Positions 28,244 through 38,086 of a stretch of 64,000 nt of DNA are shown piece by piece. Source of the DNA: an uncultured Campylobacter sp. (GTDB lineage Bacteria > Campylobacterota > Campylobacteria > Campylobacterales > Campylobacteraceae); the NCBI GenBank assembly GCA_963518785.1, contig CAUQKJ010000006.1, positions 54,410-118,409 of the forward strand, given 5' to 3'. Numbering within the stretch: the first letter of the stretch is position 1; each line of letters opens with the position of its first letter. The notes under the pieces were generated by a model that saw nothing but the letters and a program-made list of their open reading frames with translations, made no database searches and had not been told where the DNA came from. The position numbers were made by a program, and so were the translations under genes.

Positions 28244-28939
28244 TTAGTCTCTGCTTGCGCCGAAAATTCTTAGCAGCGAAAGGAAGAGGTTGTAGATGTT
28301 TAGATACATATCTACGGCAGCCATTATCGGTGAAGTGTAGGTGCCGTTTATAATATTTTTAGTATCGTAGATGATATACATCGAAAAGATTAAAGCCGAA
28401 AAAGCTGAAATCGCTATATCAAGCACGGTGCTTTTGAAAAAGAAGTAGTTCAAAAGGCTTAGCACGATAATAGCCACAAGCGATACCAATAGCGGCTTGC
28501 CCCAAGAATCGAAATTTGTCTTTGTATTCATCGCATAAACGGTAAGAGCACCGAAAGTAATCGCCGTAGCCACAAACGCATGCGTTACTACGTCTCCAGC
28601 GCCTGCTGCGATATAAATAGCGATCAATTTACCTAGAGTAAGACCGGTAATAAAGGTAAATGCAAAAAGCAAAACCAGTGCGATCGTATTAGCGCCGCGA
28701 TTTACAGCTGCTTGCATACCGAAGATCAGCCCCATTAAAACTACCAGATATAAAATCGGATGAAGAGCCAAGCTCACACCGAAACTCATCGCCACAAAAG
28801 CCCCTGCTGCCGCAGCTATCATCGAAGCGGTTAGAAGCGCGTAGGTTTGTTTAATGGTCTGAGAGATTCGTCCTTGTTCCAGTGATGCGTCCGATACCTC
28901 GTATCCGTCCGCGTAATTTCGTCTGTCGTATAGACTCAT
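28244..28939 (-). CDS. Bax inhibitor-1 / YccA family membrane protein
   Basis: 231 aa, 7 TM helices. N-terminal ...TIKQTYALLTASM and C-terminal LNIYNLFLSLLRIFG are typical of BI-1/YccA. Confidence 0.85.
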   Translation of the reverse strand: MSLYDRRNYADGYEVSDASLEQGRISQTIKQTYALLTASMIAAAAGAFVAMSFGVSLALHPILYLVVLMGLIFGMQAAVNRGANTIALVLLFAFTFITGLTLGKLIAIYIAAGAGDVVTHAFVATAITFGALTVYAMNTKTNFDSWGKPLLVSLVAIIVLSLLNYFFFKSTVLDIAISAFSALIFSMYIIYDTKNIINGTYTSPIMAAVDMYLNIYNLFLSLLRIFGASRD

Positions 28940-29070
28940 ATTTTTCTCCTTCTTTTGATTTATGAGCGGGGAGTTTAGCGAAAATTTGGTAAATATATAA
29001 TTAAAAATTCCCAGAATTCTATCTATTTATGAAAGTAATATATAATTCCCGACTTTTTTAAGGAGAAAGT

Positions 29071-29739
29071 ATGCCCAGCCAGTTAATAAATGGAGCTATT
29101 AAATTTATGGAAGAAAATTTTGCCGAGCATGCCGAGCTTTTCGGAAGTCTGGCAAATCATCAAAAGCCCCACACGCTTTTTATCGGCTGCTCCGACTCGC
29201 GCGTGGTGCCAAGCCTAATTACTTCGACGCTTCCAGGAGAGCTTTTCGTCGTGCGAAATATCGCAAACGTCGTTCCTCCATACCGCATTAGCGAGGAATT
29301 TTTAGCGACTACCTCAGCGATTGAATACGCGCTGTATTCGCTAAATATCAAAAATATCATCGTTTGTGGGCACAGCAATTGCGGTGGCTGCGCGGCGCTA
29401 TTTTATGACGCAAAAAAACTCGAAAAAATTCCAAACGTAAGGCGCTGGCTAAATTTAATGCAGCCTGTAAAAGACGAGGTCGAAAAGCTAAAAGACCTCG
29501 GCGCCGACAAGCGCGAGTGGATCACCGAGCGGCTAAATATTATAAATTCCATGCAAAATTTACTTAGCTTTCCTGGCATCAAAGATGCCTACAAAAACGG
29601 CGAGATTAAAATTTACGGCTGGCACTACGTCATCGAAACGGGCGAGCTATTCAACTACGACGACGAAGGCGCGCATTTTACGCTATTAAATAAGGGAATG
29701 GATTATGAAAAAATCTATAATCAGCTTTTTAACGATTAG
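29071..29739 (+). CDS. Beta-class carbonic anhydrase
   Basis: CSDSRV zinc-ligand motif and GHSNCGGC. 222 aa. RBS AAGGAGA. Confidence 0.9.
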   Translation: MPSQLINGAIKFMEENFAEHAELFGSLANHQKPHTLFIGCSDSRVVPSLITSTLPGELFVVRNIANVVPPYRISEEFLATTSAIEYALYSLNIKNIIVCGHSNCGGCAALFYDAKKLEKIPNVRRWLNLMQPVKDEVEKLKDLGADKREWITERLNIINSMQNLLSFPGIKDAYKNGEIKIYGWHYVIETGELFNYDDEGAHFTLLNKGMDYEKIYNQLFND

Positions 29740-31819
29740 TCTTTTTAGCGCCGCTTTAGCGTTTGCAGACCTCAACACGACCGGCGAGGGAAGCTTTGTA
29801 GAGACGAATTCTACCGCTCCAGAGGCAAATCTTACTTTAGAAAATAACAAAACCGAGATCAAAAAGGAAGTCGCTAAAATTCTATCCAAATCCCTTGGTG
29901 CAGAGGATGGCAATAAAACCGAAGTAATAAATATGATCGCAGAAAAGGTCGCCAAAACGGAGACTTCACAGAAAAAAGCTCCTAACGGCGAGACGCTTAT
30001 CTCTGTAATCAAAGAGATTAAAAAGCTAAATTTGCAGCGTAGCTCCCTGCTTAACGGCGGCGATGCCAACGCGAGCAAAAACGAGCTGGACGCCATCGAT
30101 CGCAATAAAGCTAAGCTCTTTGATCGCCTGCCTTTTGCGATTACGCAGCAGGATATGGATATCGAAAGCATAATGTCGTATGCGCAAAATAAAAAGAACA
30201 TCCAAACTACGCTAAAAAAATACGCCAAAAAGCAGAGCTCTCCCGAATACGTAAATGCAAGCGCGGATTTAGAAAAGATGGAGATGGCAGAGATCTTTTA
30301 TACCTCGCTTATGAAAATTGAGGATATGTTTGTAAACGGCGCAAGCAGAAGCGCGCTTGAAAGCGAGCTGAGTAGTACGCTACTAAATATCCAAACTAGG
30401 GATTTTAGCAAACTTAACGATTTGAAAAATAATCTAAGCAGTCAAGAGCAAATAGACGCCTTAGAGTCTAAAATCAACGATTTGAAAAACGACAAGCAGA
30501 CCTACGACGAGGTGCTTACGTATCTGTCGCGAAATAGCGATCTGCTTGCAAGCAGCGTGGTTTTTACGAGCTTAAATTTTAAATCGGTGATCGATTATAT
30601 CAACGATAAAATTCCGTTTAAGCTCAGCCACGTAAATTTCGGCAAGCTCATTCTAATCACGCTGATTACGCTATTTTTCTACTCGCTTCGCAGACTGCTT
30701 GCCAACATCATCTATTTCGTATTTAAATTCTTTAATAAAAGCTTTTCGCTGGATAGCGAAACTCTAAAAACGCAAGTAGTAGGCATCATCAAGCGTCCGA
30801 TGGGTATTTTGCTGATCGCTTATTCGGTCGATATCTGTCTTAGTATTTTTTATTATCCGGCGCCGGTGCCGATAAAATTTGCAAATTTATTCTCGATCGT
30901 TTACGTGGTACTTTGGGCATGGCTCATTATCGAAATCATCGACGGTTACGGTATTGTCGTGCTTGGAAACATCACGAAAAAAGGCGTCAGAAAAGATATC
31001 ATAAATCTAGTCGTTAAAATTCTATACGTCATCGTAATCATCATCGCCGCGCTTTTAGTGCTAAAGCGTCTAGGCTTTGACATCTCGGCGCTTATGGCAT
31101 CGCTTGGAATCGGCGGACTTGCGATCGCATTTGCGACTAAGGACATCATCGCAAATTTCTTCTCATCCGTGATGCTATTATTTGATAATTCATTCTCGCA
31201 AGGAGACTGGGTCGTATTAGGCGACATAGAAGGAAACGTCGTAGAAACGGGCTTTAGAAAGACGACGATCAGAACCTTTGATAACGCTCTTGTTTTTGTG
31301 CCGAATTCCAACATAATGGCGCAAAATATCAAAAACTGGAGCCGTAGGAAGGTAGGGCGGAATTTAAAGCTTACCGTAGGCGTCGAATACGGCGCGAGCA
31401 CGGATCAACTGCGAAAGTGCGTAAACGACATCAAAGAAATGCTAAAATCTCACCCGGGCATCGCTCAATCTGCAGATACGGCATTAAATTCCAAAGATTT
31501 TCGTATGCGCTATAGACAAAATATGGTCTCTATCGACGATTTAGCGGGCTATAAAAGCACTATGTTCGTGGCGCTAGATAGCTTTGGCGATTCGTCCATT
31601 AATATTTTAGTTTACTGCTTCACAAAAACCGTAATATGGGCAAATTTCATCCAAACGAAAGAGGATGTTTTATTTAAAATAATGGAGATCGTGGAGCAAA
31701 ACGGACTATCGTTTGCCTTCCCATCGCAGAGCGTTTATATCGAAAATATCCCGGAAATAGCAAGCGAATGCGTAAAATCAAAAGTAAATTCCAACGACAA
31801 AGGAGAGCAAAATGGCTGA
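29705..31819 (+). CDS. Mechanosensitive ion channel family protein (large MscS/MscK-like)
   Basis: Signal peptide, long periplasmic coiled N-part and TM block. MscS core GGLAIAFATKDIIANFFSSVMLLFDNSFSQGDWV. Overlaps the carbonic anhydrase gene by 35 nt. Confidence 0.85.
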   Translation: MKKSIISFLTISLFSAALAFADLNTTGEGSFVETNSTAPEANLTLENNKTEIKKEVAKILSKSLGAEDGNKTEVINMIAEKVAKTETSQKKAPNGETLISVIKEIKKLNLQRSSLLNGGDANASKNELDAIDRNKAKLFDRLPFAITQQDMDIESIMSYAQNKKNIQTTLKKYAKKQSSPEYVNASADLEKMEMAEIFYTSLMKIEDMFVNGASRSALESELSSTLLNIQTRDFSKLNDLKNNLSSQEQIDALESKINDLKNDKQTYDEVLTYLSRNSDLLASSVVFTSLNFKSVIDYINDKIPFKLSHVNFGKLILITLITLFFYSLRRLLANIIYFVFKFFNKSFSLDSETLKTQVVGIIKRPMGILLIAYSVDICLSIFYYPAPVPIKFANLFSIVYVVLWAWLIIEIIDGYGIVVLGNITKKGVRKDIINLVVKILYVIVIIIAALLVLKRLGFDISALMASLGIGGLAIAFATKDIIANFFSSVMLLFDNSFSQGDWVVLGDIEGNVVETGFRKTTIRTFDNALVFVPNSNIMAQNIKNWSRRKVGRNLKLTVGVEYGASTDQLRKCVNDIKEMLKSHPGIAQSADTALNSKDFRMRYRQNMVSIDDLAGYKSTMFVALDSFGDSSINILVYCFTKTVIWANFIQTKEDVLFKIMEIVEQNGLSFAFPSQSVYIENIPEIASECVKSKVNSNDKGEQNG

Positions 31820-31985
31820 TTTCGATGACTTCGAAGACGAAGAGTTCGATGAGGACGAATACGAGGACGATGATCTAATCGGAGGCGATGAGAGTTACAA
31901 CTACAACTACGACGAGGACGATTACAGCTACGAAGACGACGACGGTTTCAACGATTATAGCGATTTGGATAGCGAGGATTATTAG
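31812..31985 (+). CDS. Unlisted 57-aa extremely acidic D/E/Y-rich peptide, translationally coupled on both sides
   Basis: Below the ORF-track cutoff. ATG overlaps the mscS stop (ATGGCTGA). Sequence MADFDDFEDEEFDEDEYEDDDLIGGDESYNYNYDEDDYSYEDDDGFNDYSDLDSEDY. Its TAG overlaps the GTG of the next gene (TAGTG). Confidence 0.5.
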   Translation: MADFDDFEDEEFDEDEYEDDDLIGGDESYNYNYDEDDYSYEDDDGFNDYSDLDSEDY

Positions 31986-32716
31986 TGTTTAGATCCAGAG
32001 CGCTGCCTTTTGATCCGCGCGCTAATAAAATCGCGAGCTTGCAGAGTTTAAAATTTCATCACGGCGGGCTTTGCGAGGACTACGTCTCTGCCTTAAATCG
32101 AGATATAGCGGACACGCCGATACAAAACGCGGATCTTTTTACGATAATTACGCAGTCGTTCAAGGCCGCGCGCGACGAGGAGTGCGAGTTTTTGCAAATT
32201 TCAAAGCTTTATAAAATTTGCCTAGGTTTTAGCCGTATTTTTAACAACGCCTCTGAAATTTACAACCACGATTTTTACTTCGACTGTATCGCGCAACCAA
32301 GCGAGCCTAGTGGCGAGCTCGCGGACGCTTTGGCGCAGGCTTTCGGCGGGATGGAAAATTTTAAAAGCGAGTTTTTAAAGCGCGCACTGGGGCTTTTCGG
32401 CAGCGGCTGGTGCTGGCTCGCGTGCGACGAACGCGGCGCGAATTTAGAAATCATCACGACGCAAAATGCAGACGCGCCGATCGCACGCGGCAAAATTCCG
32501 CTTTTAGCCTGCGATCTTTGGGAGCACGCCTACTACATAGATTATCAAAATGCGCGCAAATCCTACGTGGAGAATTTCTTGCGTTTTGCGGATTTCGGCT
32601 TCGCAAGCGACGCCTATTCGTGGGCGAAAAAGCAAGGGCTTGGCTCCGTGAAGCTCTACATCAGCGAGCTTCACCCCGCCGCATCTTCGCGCTGCGATTG
32701 CGGCTGCTGCGGGTAG
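31985..32716 (+). CDS. Divergent Fe/Mn superoxide dismutase family protein with a Cys-rich C-terminal tail
   Basis: DLWEHAYYIDYQNAR signature and NNASEIYNHDFYF. The N-terminal KFHHGGLCEDYV replaces the canonical YHYGKHHQTYV. Extra C-terminal ...SRCDCGCCG. Confidence 0.7.
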   Translation: MFRSRALPFDPRANKIASLQSLKFHHGGLCEDYVSALNRDIADTPIQNADLFTIITQSFKAARDEECEFLQISKLYKICLGFSRIFNNASEIYNHDFYFDCIAQPSEPSGELADALAQAFGGMENFKSEFLKRALGLFGSGWCWLACDERGANLEIITTQNADAPIARGKIPLLACDLWEHAYYIDYQNARKSYVENFLRFADFGFASDAYSWAKKQGLGSVKLYISELHPAASSRCDCGCCG

Positions 32717-34102
32717 ATTTAGGCTTTTGCCGAGTAAACTTTAGCGCTGCGGATTTTCGGTTCTCTATGCTCGCCGCGCTCTAAATTTCAAACGGCTACG
32801 TCTTTCAATGCCCGTATTTTGCCGCACGGATACTGCGCCATACAGCCTGCGGTGCTCTGCGAGCGCTCCTGGCCTGCCGCGCTCTAAATTTACGTAAATT
32901 CAATTTTGAACCCATTTGGCGTCCGCGGATTAAAATTTAAGATTTTTAATTTGAAGTTTGTTTGACTATAGTTCACCGCTCGTTACGCGCCAAATTCCGA
33001 ATGCTTCTCCTTTTCAGCGCTTATATCTTGTGCGCAAATACCGCGTTACACAGACCTTATGTGAAATTTCGCTTTATCTAGCTCTGCTTTCTTAAAATTT
33101 CCACTGCCCGCGTATTGAAATTTAACGCTACGAGCGAGCATCTTGCAAAATTTTAAAGTTGCAAATAAGCCCATGAAATTTTCATACCGAAATAAGCAGC
33201 GCATTCTTTGCTTCCGTAATTATATAGGGAGACGCTCTCTGCCTCCCTGCCTTGTTCACCCATGCCCTATTCGTAAAATTTTGTTTAGTAAAGCGGGTGG
33301 TAAATTTTAAAATATCAGCTAGATTAAATTTGCTGCATTAAAGGCAGGGCGTGGCGGGTTTGAAATTTACGCTCGAATAGCGCGGCTTGCGAACCGCGGG
33401 CTAAATTTAAAGAAATTTGATAGTCGAATTTACCCTTTCGGCGGTTGAAATTTTTAGCGCGGTTTCGGCTTGAAATTTCGCTTTAAATTTTAAAAATTTG
33501 TACCGCGCCAAAGTTAGCTCGTCATGCCGAAAAAAGGAGCTGCATCGAAAGCCAAGTTATGCCACGCCGGACGCACCCGCACACTACGTGTGCCAAAATA
33601 TGGCACGGAATTTTAACCGCATCAGCTCAAATTACGCGGCGAGCTGCGCTGTGCGAGACCTCGTTAATTAAAGCGCCGAGCCGTATTCGCACGCTGCATA
33701 AAGCTGCTCGGCGTAGAATTTTACTCGTTTAAACGCAGCACATCGCTTCACAAACATAAAATTAGTCCGTTAAGGCGGCACTAGTCGCGCGGCATGCACG
33801 CCAAACCAAAAGTGCAAACCACGTTCACTTAAATCCAAAGTCATACTCAATAAAATTCAAAGCCGCACTCGCTCGAAGCGCAAAGTCCCGTCTCTTTAAA
33901 GCGCCGAGCCGCGTCCTAATCAAAATTTGTCCGAGACGTGAAGCCGTGCTTCAAAAACGCAAAATCTCGCTCGCTTAAAGCACGAAGCCGTGAGCACTGA
34001 AAATGCAAACCCGCGTCGTTAAAACGCAAAACCGCGCCTACCCAAAATTTTAAGCCTTTTTAAAATTCCAAGCCCGTTTAAAATTTTAAAATTTAGCCCG
34101 CT

Positions 34103-35320
34103 TTACTCCCTTGCTAGTCCGTTTTTATTGGATTTATCGCTGATTAGATTGCCCGCTTCGTCGTATTTTTTGGCGCGCACGAGCCTGCCGCGCTCAAACT
34201 CGCCCTCGGCTTCGAGCTTGCCGTCTGCGTAGTAGTGCTTCGCCGTGCCCGTCTCCAGGCCATCCTTGAACGTCACTCTAGCCTTGAGCGCGCCGTTTTC
34301 ATGATATGTTTCATAAAGCCCGTGCTTGCGCCCATCTCTGAACATTACCTTCGCCGCAAGCGCACCGCTTGCGTAGTATTGCTTACTCGTGCCCGTTTGC
34401 CTGCCGCGCTCAAACTCGTATTCGCCCTGTAGCGCGCCGCCCCTGTAGTATTCGCGTACGGCGCCGTCGCGCTCGCCGTCTTTGAAATTTTCGACTACGC
34501 GCGTCTTGCCATCCTCGTAAAATAACTTCCAAACGCCCTGTTTGCGGTCATCCTTGTATGCGCCAGTCTGCTTTAGTGCGCCGCTTTCGTAATACCATTT
34601 TTCCGTGCCTTGGCGCTTGCCCGCTTTGTATGTTCGCACGCCGCGCACTTTGCCACTTTGGTAATAATCCACGTCCTTGCCGTTTCGCAGCCCGCCCTTA
34701 TACGGATGGCGCGCGCTTACTTCGCCGCTTTCGTAGTAGTCGGTGAAAACGCCCTCGCGCCTATCATTTTTATACGTGCCCTGCTGCTTTAGTTTGCCGC
34801 TTCCCTGATAATACAGCTTGTAAAAGCCCTCGCACTTACCGGCTTTGTATTCGCTCTGCGACTTCAGCTCGCCGCTATCTGCGTAATAGCTCTTCGCGAC
34901 GCCGTCGTACAGGCCGTTTTTTAGCGGATATTCGTTTGAGGGCTTATCTCTGCCGTCAAAGTAATCGCGCTCGCGCATTGCAGTGCCGTTCTTTACGTCG
35001 ATCTCTCTGATAAGCGTGGGCGGCAGCGGCTTTGCTCTGGGGTAGACGACGCCCATAAAATTTACGTCGTAGAGATCCTCGGCGCTGTAGTGCAGCACCT
35101 TGAGCGTCCCGCTGTAGGGCTTGTCCGCTACGAAATACAGGCCGTTTTTCAGGACCGGCTCGGGTTGCATTATGATTTTTGGCTCCAGAGCTTGCGCGCC
35201 CAGCGCCAAAAACGGAAGCAGAAGCAGAAGCAGGAACTTTAATGCGCTTGGAAAGCTAAAACTTCGCATTAAATTTAAGCCCAAATTGAGCGAATTTTGC
35301 GCGGCTTTGCGGGTTTTCAT
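34103..35320 (-). CDS. MORN-repeat / YwqK-family repeat protein, secreted
   Basis: About 12 repeats of the form YY.SG.L...G.YK.GK..G....YYE.G. Hydrophobic signal LLLLLLPFLALGAQA. Confidence 0.75.
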   Translation of the reverse strand: MKTRKAAQNSLNLGLNLMRSFSFPSALKFLLLLLLPFLALGAQALEPKIIMQPEPVLKNGLYFVADKPYSGTLKVLHYSAEDLYDVNFMGVVYPRAKPLPPTLIREIDVKNGTAMRERDYFDGRDKPSNEYPLKNGLYDGVAKSYYADSGELKSQSEYKAGKCEGFYKLYYQGSGKLKQQGTYKNDRREGVFTDYYESGEVSARHPYKGGLRNGKDVDYYQSGKVRGVRTYKAGKRQGTEKWYYESGALKQTGAYKDDRKQGVWKLFYEDGKTRVVENFKDGERDGAVREYYRGGALQGEYEFERGRQTGTSKQYYASGALAAKVMFRDGRKHGLYETYHENGALKARVTFKDGLETGTAKHYYADGKLEAEGEFERGRLVRAKKYDEAGNLISDKSNKNGLARE

Positions 35321-35547
35321 ATTTTGCTTCCTTTGGCTCGGTTAAATTTGAAGAATTTTAAAATTTGAAGCTAAATTTTAGATAAATTCACGTAGTAAAA
35401 CGGCGTAGAAAATATGAGTAAAAAATGGTTACCGTATTTATTTTTGACCCATCATACGATAGTTAAATAATAAATTCTCAAGTTGTTTTTTAATATTCTT
35501 TATATATAATATCAATTTAAATTTATGTTTGAATATGGGGTTTGGGT

Positions 35548-37927
35548 ATGAATGTGGATATAAAAGAATTATTAGACTCAAAGCGAGATTTGAGTGAAGA
35601 GGAATTTAATAACAAGCCAGAATTGAAATATCTTGTAGATGGTTGGGGTTTTGAAGCGATAAAAGGTAAAATTTTTATCGCGGATGAGTGGTATATTTTA
35701 AGTCAAGTAGCGTTAGGCTCTCGTCTTGGGGACAGGTATTTACCAGATCCGGAGTATTTTACTATAAATTTTATAAACTATATAAAAAATGCAACAACGA
35801 AAATTTTATTTGATAAGTGTCCCCTCAACTACTCTATAATAGCCGATACATCAATAGAAATCAACACGGATATTATTTTTAATGACTGTATTGAAAATAA
35901 TGATGTAAATATAATTCATGGGTATATATTTAAAAAGGGAATTTATTTGAATAACTCAAATATTAATTTTACTGATTGCACCTTTGAAGATAATTTTAAA
36001 TGTGAAAATGTAAATTTTGATGTTAATTTTTCTCAAAATAGATTTCTTAAAAATTTTGTATTTAGCGCGCTGAAAAGATGCAAGATAAATTTTGAATGTA
36101 CACAGTTCCATTCAAATGCATTTTTTAAAGCAAAACAACAAATAGTGAGTGCAAATTTTTACCAAGCAAAATTTAAGAATACGGTAAGTTTCTCTCCAAT
36201 ACAATTTGGTAACGGTATTGTTGATTTTAGCGAAGCAGAATTTGGCAAAGACGTATCATTCTCTAGATGTAGCTTTAATGGCGAAACCCAATTTAACAGC
36301 ACTATATTTGGCGGTATTACAAAATTTACGAGGGTACAATTTAATAATGTAGTAAATTTAAATAAAGTAGTCTTTAAAGAGGAAACACAATTTTATGGAA
36401 CCAAATTTAATAGAGCAATATTGACAGAAACAAAATTTGAAAACAAAGCCAATTTTACAAATACAGTATTTAGCGAAAAAGCGTATTTTACAGATGCTGT
36501 TTTTATAAAAGAAGTAAAATTTAACAATATACTTTTTAAGAATAATGCATACTTTAAAAATGCCATATTTAAAGATTTTACTGATTTTGGTGAGACAAAT
36601 TTTGAAAAGAATGCTAACTTTTATAACGCGGACTTCAAAAAGCCGGTTAATTTCTCATCAATTATTTTTAACGGCGCTTTAAATTTTGTAAATGCAAAAA
36701 CAGATTTTACATACGAAGAGCTTAAAAAGTTTATCAAGGATAAAAGTGTAAGCAATGAAAGCATTAACAATATAGATAAATGCATAAGCATAACAAATGA
36801 CTTTAGGGACGGTTTTAGACTCATGAAACACACTTTAAACAATAAAGGCAACGCGCTAGACGCAAGCTTGTTTCACCGCTTAGAACTATACTGTAAAGAG
36901 CTGGAACTAGAATTTAGTCTCGAAAATACAAAAACTAAAAAATAGCAAAAATAGCAAAGAAGTAAAATCTACCGATGAAACAAAAGGCGCACCTAAAAAT
37001 AAAAATCTTATTGAGATTTTTTTAGATTTAATAACGTTAAAATTATATAGAAATACTAGCGACCACCATACAAATTTATTTAAGATAATAAACTTTACTA
37101 TTCTAAGTATTGCTGTGTATGGATTGTCTTTTTGGGCTTTAGATGATTTTTTGTTGAAAGTAATGATTGATAGTCCTAAAATATTGATGCTATTGTTACT
37201 GGTTGTTTTTTTAATTGGACTACTAACATGTTTATTGTGTTTTGTTGTGAAGTATAAAATACTGTGGGCGACTGTACCGATAGGAATTTTTACATATATC
37301 ATTTTCATTACACCAGGCTTAGTTAATGCTTTTGATTATTCTATTTATGTTATTATTTTTATACTTTTATATACGACATTATATGCTTTGTCATTTTATT
37401 TGTTTAGATTTAGCTTTGTGCGTTTTATGGCATATTTAATTTTTATGGCTATTTTTTTGGATAAACTTGTATTAATAACGCCGTTTATTGGTATTTTTAC
37501 ATCAGAAAAAATAGCTGAAAGCAAATTTGAAGAATACATAATAAAATACAATAATAATGGCTTGGACGATATGCTTCTGGATGCAAATTTTACCAATATA
37601 AAAGCAGAACATAAGATCAATTTTATAGTTAAAAATAGAAAAATAATTTTAGAAAGATTGGATAATAGTAGAACAAGCACTCCTTTAATTGATTTTGTGA
37701 AAAAATACATAAAATATTCAAAGGAACCCATGGATAATAATGTCAGCTATAAAAATCTAAATGAAACTACTAAAAAATCGTATGAAAAGGCTCTAAATGC
37801 TCTAAAATACGATGAAGCAATGCAATCAATACAAAAAAGTGCAAATTTACTTTATGTTTTTATTATGCTACTCGTCATCTACTCTCTTACAAAAACTGCA
37901 CGTAGAAATTCTGTAGTGCCTAGCTAA
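35548..37927 (+). pseudogene. Pentapeptide-repeat (beta-helix) protein with a C-terminal multi-TM domain, split by a +1 frameshift in a poly-A run. Annotatable as two ORFs, 35542-36945 and 37115-37927.
   Basis: ORF1 carries about 40 pentapeptide-like units (ANFYQAKFKNTVSFSPIQFGNGIVDFSEAEFGKDVSFSRCSFNG...). The ORF2 frame is open from 36911 with no start codon until GTG 37115. That open stretch encodes plausible linker sequence (NSKNSKEVKSTDETKGAPKNKNLIEIFLDLITLKLYRNTSDHH...). Removing one A from A6 (36937-36942) fuses the frames. Confidence 0.6.
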
Positions 37928-38086
37928 AAATTTTATGTAGCTATTAGTGGCAATAAAGCGAACAAGCCTTTTTAAATTTTGTTCGCTTCTTAAATAAATT
38001 TTCACGAAATTTGGCGGCGTCTTTATTTTAGATTTTGCCATTTGCGATAACAGACAGGTAAATTAGCTAAATTTAGATAGATAAAT

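Noticed and set aside
33640-34100. CRISPR-like array
   Set aside because: The repeats are degenerate, of variable length and spacing, and no cas genes are nearby. It does not meet the regular repeat-spacer structure.
36907-37731. Minus-strand ORFs 36907-37308 and 37396-37731 in the AT-rich islet
   Set aside because: They are antisense to the pentapeptide/membrane gene. In AT-rich DNA stop codons are depleted in some antisense frames, and there are no motifs.
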